Assembly (NCBI GenBank): GCA_964016885.1
Contig: OZ024740.1
Coordinates: 405,976,001-406,040,000, forward strand
Length of the DNA: 64,000 nucleotides
Direction: 5' to 3'
Origin: Eledone cirrhosa
Lineage: Eukaryota
Shown piece after piece: positions 55,425-64,000 of this stretch. The translations under genes were made by a program, and so were the position numbers. Below the pieces are notes generated by a model. It saw only the letters and a list, made by a program, of their open reading frames with translations, was not told where the DNA came from and searched no databases. How positions within the stretch are numbered: the stretch's first letter is position 1; each line of letters begins with the position of its first letter.

Positions 55425-58310
55425 TTGGTGTTAATGGTGTTAGAGTTGGTGTTAATGGTGTTAGAGTTGGTGTTAATGGTGGTGGAGTTGGTGTTAATGG
55501 TGTTAGTGTTGGTCTTTAATGTTGGTAAAGTTGGTGTTAGAGTTGGTGTTAATGGTGGTAGAGTTGGTGTTAACGGTGTTAGAGTTGGTGTTAAAGGTGT
55601 TAGAGTTTGTGTTAATGGTGTTAGAGTTGGTCTTTAATGGTGGTAGAGTTGGTGTTAATGGTGGTAGAGTTTGTGTTAATGATGTTAGAGTTGGTCTTTA
55701 ATGGTGGTAGAGTCGGTGTTAATGGTGTTAGAGTCGTTGTTAATGGTGTAAGAGTTGGTGTTAATGGTGTTAGAGTTGGTGTTAATGGTGGTAGAGTTGG
55801 TGTTAATGGTGTTAGAGTTGGTGTTAATGGTGTTAGAGTTGGTGTTAATGGTGTTAGAGTTGGTGTTAATGGTGTTAGAGTTGGTGTTAATGGTGTTAGA
55901 GTTGGTCTTTAATGGTGGTAGATTTGGTGTTAATGTTGGTAGAGTTGCTCTTTAATGGTGGTAGAGTTGGTGTTAATGGTGATAGAGTTGGTTTTAATGG
56001 TGTTAGAGTTGGTGTTAATGGTGTTAGAGTTGGTGTTAATGGTGTTAGAGTTGGTGTTAATGGTGTTAGAGTTGGTGTTAATGGTGGTAGAATTGGTCTT
56101 TAATGTTGGTAGAGTTGGTGTTAATGGTGTTAGAGTTGTTGTTAATGGTGGTAGAGTTGGTGTTAATGGTGTTAGAGTTGGTCTTTAATGGTGGTAGAGT
56201 TGGTGTTAATGGTGGTAGAGTTGGTGTGAATGGTGTTAGAGTTGGTGTTAATGGTGTTAGAGTTGGTGTTAAAGTGGTAGAGTTGGTGTTAATGGTGTTA
56301 GAGTTGATCTTTAATGGTGGTAGAGTTGGTGTTAATGGTGTTAGAGTTGGTCTTTAATGGTGGTAGAGTTGGTGTTAATGGTGTTAGAGTTGGAGTTAAT
56401 GGAGTTAGAGTTGGTATTAATGGTGTTAAAAGGTGTTAGAGTTGGTTTTAATGGTGTTAGAGTTGGTCTTTAATGGTGGTAGAGTTGGGGTTAATGGTGT
56501 TAGAGTTGGTGTTAATGGTGGTAGAGTTGGTGTTAATGGAGTTAGAGTTGGTATTAATGGTGTTAGAGTTGGTTTTAATGGTGGTAGAGTTGGGGTTAAT
56601 GGTGCTAGAGTTGGTGTTAATGGTGGTAGAGTTGGCGTTAACAGTGTTAGAGTTGGTGTTAATGGTGGTAGAGATGGTGTTAATGGTGGTAGAGTTGGTG
56701 TTAATGGTGTTAGAGTTGGTGTAAATGGTGGTAGAGTTGCTGTTAATGGTGTTGGAGTTGGGGTTAATGGTGTTAGAGTTGGTCTTTAATGGTGGTAGAG
56801 TTGGTGTTAATGGTGGTAGAGTTGGTGTTAAGGGTGTTAGAGTTGGTGTTAATGGTGGTAGAGTTGGTGTTGATGGTGGTAGAGTTGGTGTTAATGGTGG
56901 TAGAGTTGGTGTTAATGGTGTGAGAGTTGGTGTTAATGGTGTTAGAGTTGGTGTTAATGGTGTTAGAGTTGGTGTTAATGGTGGTGGAGTTGGTGTTAAT
57001 GGTGTTAGTGTTGGTCTTTAATGTTGGTAAAGTTGGTGTTAGAGTTGGTGTTAATGGTGGTAGAGTTGGTGTTAATGGTGTTAGAGTTGGTGTTAAAGGT
57101 GTTAGAGTTTGTGTTAATGGTGTTAGAGTTGGTCTTTAATGGTGGTAGAGTTGGTGTTAATGGTGGTAGAGTTTGTGTTAATGATGTTAGAGTTGGTCTT
57201 TAATGGTGGTAGAGTCGGTGTTAATGGTGTTAGAGTCGTTGTTAATGGTGTAAGAGTTGGTGTTAATGGTGTTAGAGTTGGTGTTAATGGTGGTAGAGTT
57301 GGTGTTAATGGTGTTAGAGTTGGTGTTAATGGTGTTAGAGTTGGTGTTAATGGTGTTAGAGTTGGTGTTAATGGTGTTAGAGTTGGTGTTAATGGTGTTA
57401 GAGTTGGTCTTTAATGGTGGTAGATTTGGTGTTAATGTTGGTAGAGTTGCTCTTTAATGGTGGTAGAGTTGGTGTTAATGGTGATAGAGTTGGTTTTAAT
57501 GGTGTTAGAGTTGGTGTTAATGGTGTTAGAGTTGGTGTTAATGGTGTTAGAGTTGGTGTTAATGGTGTTAGAGTTGGTGTTAATGGTGGTAGAATTGGTC
57601 TTTAATGTTGGTAGAGTTGGTGTTAATGGTGTTAGAGTTGTTGTTAATGGTGGTAGAGTTGGTGTTAATGGTGTTAGAGTTGGTCTTTAATGGTGGTAGA
57701 GTTGGTGTTAATGGTGGTAGAGTTGGTGTGAATGGTGTTAGAGTTGGTGTTAATGGTGTTAGAGTTGGTGTTAAAGTGGTAGAGTTGGTGTTAATGGTGT
57801 TAGAGTTGATCTTTAATGGTGGTAGAGTTGGTGTTAATGGTGTTAGAGTTGGTCTTTAATGGTGGTAGAGTTGGTGTTAATGGTGTTAGAGTTGGAGTTA
57901 ATGGAGTTAGAGTTGGTATTAATGGTGTTAAAAGGTGTTAGAGTTGGTTTTAATGGTGTTAGAGTTGGTCTTTAATGGTGGTAGAGTTGGGGTTAATGGT
58001 GTTAGAGTTGGTGTTAATGGTGGTAGAGTTGGTGTTAATGGAGTTAGAGTTGGTATTAATGGTGTTAGAGTTGGTTTTAATGGTGGTAGAGTTGGGGTTA
58101 ATGGTGCTAGAGTTGGTGTTAATGGTGGTAGAGTTGGCGTTAACGGTGTTAGAGTTGGTGTTAATGGTGGTAGAGATGGTGTTAATGGTGGTAGAGTTGG
58201 TGTTAATGGTGTTAGAGTTGGTGTAAATGGTGGTAGAGTTGCTGTTAATGGTGTTAGAGTTGGGGTTAATGGTGTTAGAGTTGGTCTTTAATGGTGGTAG
58301 AGTTGGTGTT
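55425..58310. repeat. Near-identical 1502-bp tandem duplication in the 21-bp array
   Basis: Identical or near-identical ORF translations are offset by 1502 (55519/57021, 55637/57139, 55912/57414, 56103/57605, 56433/57935). Rare variants TTAGTGTTGGTCTTTAATGTTGGTAAAG, GTCGTTG and TTAAAGTGG are shared. Confidence 0.92.
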
Positions 58311-58984
58311 AAGGGTGTTAGAGTTGGTGTTAATGGTGGTAGAGTTGGTGTTAATGGTAGTAGAGTTGGTGTTAATGGTGGTAGAGTTGGTGTTAATGGT
58401 GGTAGAGTTGGTGTTAATGGTGTGAGAGTTGGTGTTAATGGTGTTAGAGTTGGTGTTAAAGTTGGTGTTAATGGTGCTAGAGTTGGTTTTAATGGTGTTA
58501 AAGTTGGTCTTTAATGGTGGTAGAGTTCGTGTTAATGGTGTTAGAGTCGATGTTAATGGTGTTAGAATTGGTGTTAATGGTGTTAGAGTTGGTCTTTAAT
58601 GGTGGTAATGGTGCTAGAGTTGGTGTTAATGGTGTTAGAGTTGGTGTTAATGGTGGTAGAGTTGGCGTTAATGGTGTTAGAGTTGGTGTTAATGGTGGTA
58701 GAGTTGGTGTTAATGGTGTTAGAGTTGGTCTTTAATGGTGGTAGAGTTGGGCTTAATGGTGTTAGAGTTGGTGTTAATGGTGGTAGAGTTGGCGTTAATG
58801 GTGTTATAGTTGGTGTTAATGGTGGTAGAGATGGTGTTAATGGTGGTAGAGTTGGTGTTAATGGTGGTAGAGTTGCTCTTTAATGGTGGTAGAGTTGGTG
58901 TTAATGGTGGTAGAGTTGCTGTTAATGGTGTTAGAGTTGGTCTTTAATGGTGGTAGAGTTGGTGTTAATGGTGTTAGAGTTGGT

Positions 58985-60166
58985 GTTAATGGTGGTAGAG
59001 TTGGTGTTAATGTTGTTAGAGGTGGTGTTAATGGTGGTAGAGTTGGTGTTAATGGTGGTAGAGTTGGTGTTAATGGTGGTAGAGTTGGTCTTTAATGGTG
59101 GTAGAGTTGGTGTTAATGGTGGTAGAGTTGGTGTTAATGGTGTTAGAGTTGGTGTTAATGGTGGTAGAGTTGGTCTTAATGGTGGTAGAGTTGGTGTTAA
59201 AGGTGTCAGAGTTGGTGTTAATGGTGTTAGAGTTGGGTTTTAATGGTGGTAGAGTTGGTGTTAATGGTGGTAGAGTCGGTGTTAATGGTGTTAGAGGTGG
59301 TGTTAATGGTGGTAGAGTTGGTGTTAATGGTGGTAGAGTTGGTGTTAATGGTGGTAGAGTTGCTCTTTAATGGTGGTAGAGTTGGCGTTAATGGTGTTAG
59401 AGTTGGTGTTAATGGTGGTAGAGTTGCTGTTAATGGTGGTAGAGCTGGTGTTAATGGTGGTAGAGTTGGTGTTAATGGTGGTAGAGTCGGTGTTAATGGT
59501 GTTAGAGTTGGGTTTTAATGGTGGTAGAGTTGGTGTTAATGGTGGTAGAGTTGGGTTTTAATGGTGTTAGAGGTGGTGTTAATGGTGCTAGAGTTGGTGT
59601 TAATGGTGGTAGAGTTGGTGTTAATGGTGGTAGAGTTGGTCTTTAATGGTGGTAGAGTTGGTGGTAATGGTGGTAGAGTTGGTGTTAATGGTGTTAGAGT
59701 TGGTGTTAATGGTGGTAGAGTTGGTCTTAATGGTGGTAGAGTTGGTGTTAAAGGTGTTAGAGTTGGTGTTAATGGTGTTAGAGTTGGGTTTTAATGGTGA
59801 TAGAGTTGGTGTTAATGTTGGTAGAGTCGGTATTAATGGTGTTAGAGGTGGTGTTAATGGTGGTAGACTTGGTGTTAATGGTGGTAGAGTTGGTGTGAAT
59901 GGTGGTAGAGTTGCTCTTTAATGGTGGTAGAGTTGGTGTTAATGGTGTTAGAGTTGGTGTTAATGGTGGTAGAGTTGCTGTTAATGGTGGTAGAGTTGGT
60001 GTTTATGGTGGTAGAGTTGGTGTTAATCGTGGTAGAGTTGATGTTAATGGTGGTAGAATTGGTGTTAATGGTTATTAGAGTTGGTGTTAATGGTGTTAGA
60101 GTTGGTGTTAATTGTGGTAGAGTTGGTGTTAATCGTGGTAGAGTTGGTGTTAATGGTGTCAGAGTT
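58985..60166. repeat. Block repeated at +3834 bp (62819-64000), copy 1
   Basis: ORF pairs 59243/63077, 59370/63204, 59561/63395 and 59646/63480 are offset by 3834. The window end TGTCAGAGTT matches 60157-60166. Confidence 0.9.
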
Positions 60167-62818
60167 GGTGTTAATGGTGGTAGAGTTGATGTTAATGGTG
60201 GTAGAATTGGTGTTAATGGTTATTAGAGTTGGTGTTAATGGTGGTAGAGTTGGGGTTAATGGTGGTAGAGTTGGTTTTAATGGTGGTAGAGTTGGTATTA
60301 ATGGTGTTAATGGTGTTAGAGTTGGTTTTAATGGTGTTAGAGTTGGTCTTTAAATGTGGTAGAGTTGGTGTTAATGGTGTTAGAGTTGGTGTTAATGGTG
60401 GTAGAGTTGGAGTTAATGGAGTTAGAGTTGGTATTAATGGTGTTAATGGTGTTAGAGTTGGTTTTAATGGTGTTAGAGTTGGTCTTTAATGGTGGTAGAG
60501 TTGGGCTTAATGGTGTTAGAGTTGGTGTTAATGGTGGTAGAGTTGGTGTTAATGGAGTTAGAGTTGGTATTAATGGTGTTAATGGTGTTAGAGTTGGTTT
60601 TAATGGTGTTAGAGTTGGTCTTTAATGGTGGTAGAGTTGGTGTTAATGGTGGGAGAGTTGGCGTTAATGGTGTTAGAGTTGGTGTTAGAGTTGGTGTTAA
60701 TGGTGTTAGAGTTGGCGGAGTTGGTGTTTATGGTGGTAGAGTTGGTCTTTAATGGTGGTAGAGTTGGTCTTTAATAGTGGTAGAGTTGGTGTTAATGGTG
60801 TTAGAGTTGGTGTTAATGGTGGTAGAGTTGGTATTAATGGTGGTAGAGTTGGTGTTAATGGTGCTAGAGTTGGTGTTAATGGTGGTAGAGTTTGTGTTAA
60901 TGGTGGTAGAGTTGGTCTGTAATGGTGGTAGAGTTGGTGTTAATGGTGGTAGAGTTGGTGTTAATGGTGTTAGAGTTGGTGTTAATGGTGTTAGAGTTGG
61001 TGTTAATGGTGTTAGAGTTGGTGTTAATGGTGTTAGAGTTGGTGTTAATGGTGGTAGAATTGGTCTTAATGGTGGTAGAGTTGGTGTTAAAGGTGTTAGA
61101 GTTGGTGTTAATGGTGTTAGAGTTAGGTTTTAATGGTGGTAGAGTTGGTGTTAATGGTGGTAGAGTCGGTGTTATTGGTGTTAGAGGTGGTGTTAATGGT
61201 GGTAGAGTTGGTGTTAATGGTGGTAGAGCTGGTGCTAATGGTGGTAGAGTTGCTCTTTAATGGTGGTAGAGTTGGTGTTAATGGTGGTAGAGTTGCTGTT
61301 AATGGTGTTAGAGTTGGTCTTTAATGGTGGTAGAGTTGGTGTTAATGGTGTTAGAGTTGGTGTTAATGGTGGTAGAGTTGGTGTTAATGGTGGTAGAGTT
61401 GGTGTTAATGGTGTTAGAGTTGGTGTTAATGGTGGTAGAGTTGATGTTAATGGTGGTAGAATTGGTGTTAATGGTTATTAGAGTTGGTGTTAATGGTGTT
61501 AGAGTTGGTGTTAATGGTGGTAGAGTTGGTGTTAATGGTGGTAGAGTTGGTCTTTAATGGTGGTAGAGTTGGTGTTAATGGTGGTAGAGTTGGTGTTAAT
61601 GTTGTTAGAGGTGGTGTTAATGGTGGTAGAGTTGGTGTTAATGGTGGTAGAGTTGGTGTTAATGGTGGTAGAGTTGGTCTTTAATGGTGGTAGAGTTGGT
61701 GTTAATGGTGGTAGAGTTGGTGTTAATGGTGTTAGAGTTGGTGTTAATGTTGGTAGAGTTGGTCTTAATGGTGGTAGAGTTGGTGTTAAAGGTGTTAGAG
61801 TTGGTGTTAATGGTGTTAGAGTTGGGTTTTAATGGTGGTAGAGTTGGTGTTAATGGTGGTAGAGTCGGTGTTAATGGTGTTAGAGTTGGTGTTAATGGTG
61901 GTAGAGTTGGAGTTAATGGTGGTAGAGTTGGTGTTAATGGTGGTAGAGTTGCTCTTTAATGGTGGTAGAGTCGGTGTTAATGGTGTTAGAGTTGGTGTTA
62001 ATGTTGGTAGAGTTGGTCTTAATGGTGGTAGAGTTGGTGTTAAAGGTGTTAGAGTTGGTGTTAATGGTGTTAGAGTTGGGTTTTAATGGTGGTAGAGTTG
62101 GTGTTAATGGTGGTAGAGTCGGTGTTAATGGTGTTAGAGTTGGTGTTAATGGTGGTAGAGTTGGTGTTAATGGTGGTAGAGTTGGTGTTAATGGTGGTAG
62201 AGTTGCTCTTTAATGGTGGTAGAGTTGGTGTTAAAGGTGTTAGAGTTGGTGTTAATGGTGGTAGAGCTGGTGTTAATGGTGGTAGAGTTGGTGTTAATGG
62301 TGGTAGAGTCGGTGTTAATGGTGTTAGAGTTGGGTTTTAATGGTGGTAGAGTTGGTGTTAATGGTGGTAGAGTTGGGTTTTAATGGTGTTAGAGGTGGTG
62401 TTAATGGTGGTAGAGTTGGTGTTAATGGTGGTAGAGTTGGTGTTAATGGTGGTAGAGTTGGTGTTAATGGAGTTAGAGTTGGTATTAATGGTGTTAATGG
62501 TGTTAGAGTTGGTTTTAATGGTGTTAGAGTTGGTCTTTAATGGTGGTAGAGTTGGGCTTAATGGTGTTAGAGTTGGTGTTAATGGTGGTAGAGTTGGTGT
62601 TAATGGAGTTAGAGTTGGTATTAATGGTGTTAATGGTGTTAGAGTTGGTTTTAATGGTGTTAGAGTTGGTCTTTAATGGTGGTAGAGTTGGTGTTAATGG
62701 TGGGAGAGTTGGCGTTAATGGTGTTAGAGTTGGTGTTAGAGTTGGTGTTAATGGTGTTAGAGTTGGCGGAGTTGGTGTTTATGGTGGTAGAGTTGGTGTT
62801 AATGTTGTTAGAGGTGGT

Positions 62819-64000
62819 GTTAATGGTGGTAGAGTTGGTGTTAATGTTGTTAGAGGTGGTGTTAATGGTGGTAGAGTTGGTGTTAATGGTGGTAGAGTTG
62901 GTGTTAATGGTGGTAGAGTTGGTCTTTAATGGTGGTAGAGTTGGTGTTAATGGTGGTAGAGTTGGTGTTAATGGTGTTAGAGTTGGTGTTAATGGTGGTA
63001 GAGTTGGTCTTAATGGTGGTAGAGTTGGTGTTAAAGGTGTTAGAGTTGGTGTTAATGGTGTTAGAGTTGGGTTTTAATGGTGGTAGAGTTGGTGTTAATG
63101 GTGGTAGAGTCGGTGTTAATGGTGTTAGAGGTGGTGTTAATGGTGGTAGAGTTGGTGTTAATGGTGGTAGAGTTGGTGTTAATGGTGGTAGAGTTGCTCT
63201 TTAATGGTGGTAGAGTTGGCGTTAATGGTGTTAGAGTTGGTGTTAATGGTGGTAGAGTTGCTGTTAATGGTGGTAGAGCTGGTGTTAATGGTGGTAGAGT
63301 TGGTGTTAATGGTGGTAGAGTCGGTGTTAATGGTGTTAGAGTTGGGTTTTAATGGTGGTAGTGTTGGTGTTAATGGTGGTAGAGTTGGGTTTTAATGGTG
63401 TTAGAGGTGGTGTTAATGGTGCTAGAGTTGGTGTTAATGGTGGTAGAGTTGGTGTTAATGGTGGTAGAGTTGGTCTTTAATGGTGGTAGAGTTGGTGGTA
63501 ATGGTGGTAGAGTTGGTGTTAATGGTGTTAGAGTTGGTGTTAATGGTGGTAGAGTTGGTCTTAATGGTGGTAGAGTTGGTGTTAAAGGTGTTAGAGTTGG
63601 TGTTAATGGTGTTAGAGTTGGGTTTTAATGGTGATAGAGTTGGTGTTAATGTTGGTAGAGTCGGTATTAATGGTGTTAGAGGTGGTGTTAATGGTGGTAG
63701 ACTTGGTGTTAATGGTGGTAGAGTTGGTGTGAATGGTGGTAGAGTTGCTCTTTAATGGTGGTAGAGTTGGTGTTAATGGTGTTAGAGTTGGTGTTAATGG
63801 TGGTAGAGTTGCTGTTAATGGTGGTAGAGTTGGTGTTTATGGTGGTAGAGTTGGTGTTAATCGTGGTAGAGTTGATGTTAATGGTGGTAGAATTGGTGTT
63901 AATGGTTATTAGAGTTGGTGTTAATGGTGTTAGAGTTGGTGTTAATTGTGGTAGAGTTGGTGTTAATCGTGGTAGAGTTGGTGTTAATGGTGTCAGAGTT
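62819..64000. repeat. Block repeated from 58985-60166, copy 2 (runs off the window)
   Basis: It carries the same rare variants in the same order as copy 1 (AGACTTGG, GTGAATGG, GTTTATGG, AATCGTGG, GGTTATTAGAG). Confidence 0.9.

Larger units (their letters stand above)
53624..64000. repeat. 21-bp tandem satellite/minisatellite array (~490 units), consensus AGAGTTGGTGTTAATGGTGKT, with interspersed 22-bp, 12-bp and 9-bp variants; truncated by the right window edge
   Basis: Continuous 21-bp periodicity, visible as the 7-residue repeats GVNGGRV / MVVELVL in the ORF track. There are two major alleles (GGTGGTA and GGTGTTA). The + strand consensus has no C. The 22-bp variants GGTCTTTAAT, GGGTTTTAAT and GCTCTTTAAT shift the phase every few units. 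Confidence 0.99.

Noticed and set aside
53684-63755. Dozens of + strand ORFs encoding (GVNGGRV)n / (MVVELVL)n
   Set aside because: A 21-bp unit lacking stops in two frames yields ORFs automatically. The frames overlap each other and are broken every 40-300 bp by 22-bp units. There is no unique N- or C-terminal domain and no sign of frame preservation.
53624-64000. Minus-strand stop-poor frames reading (LPPLTPT)n or (STTINTN)n, superficially mucin- or adhesin-like
   Set aside because: Frequent +1 units shift the frame into the TAA-containing frame, the ORF track lists no minus-strand ORFs, and a real repeat exon would keep its frame.
1-64000. Fungal RIP or CpG-decay signature (TpA-rich, CpG-free consensus)
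   Set aside because: CpA/TpG dinucleotides, the RIP substrate, remain abundant. Absence of CpG in 40- and 21-bp consensus units is not informative on its own.
1-64000. Hidden unique insert, inversion or transposon within the arrays
   Set aside because: Reading through the window I found no non-repeat segment and no strand switch. A very short insert could have been missed by eye.

Overview
The window is entirely tandem-repeat (satellite-type) DNA. I can support no protein-coding gene, RNA gene, CRISPR array or transposon. Array 1 (1 to ~53623, about 1,340 copies, continuing off the left edge) is a 40-bp unit, consensus TTCACAATTGTGTATATGGCCTAGTAGTTATAGTGTTGG(C/T), containing the perfect palindrome CACAATTGTG. 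Array 2 (~53624 to 64000, about 490 copies, continuing off the right edge) is a C-free 21-bp unit, consensus AGAGTTGGTGTTAATGGTG(G/T)T, punctuated by 22-bp variants. The arrays abut directly with no spacer. All ORFs in the track are translations of the repeats. The interesting content is structural. The 40-mer looks like a diverged 20+20 dimer and the 21-mer like a 12+9 dimer. Both arrays carry ordered variant modules and nested kb-scale duplications (offsets 240, 600, 2077, ~2760-3000, ~3600, 4472/4512 bp in array 1; 136, 254-275, 1502, 3834 bp in array 2). The junction falls at a rare internal variant of array 2. The arrangement is typical of eukaryotic heterochromatin (centromeric, pericentromeric or subtelomeric), but I cannot identify the organism or the satellite families from sequence alone. 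Offsets were read by eye from marker variants, so block boundaries are approximate.
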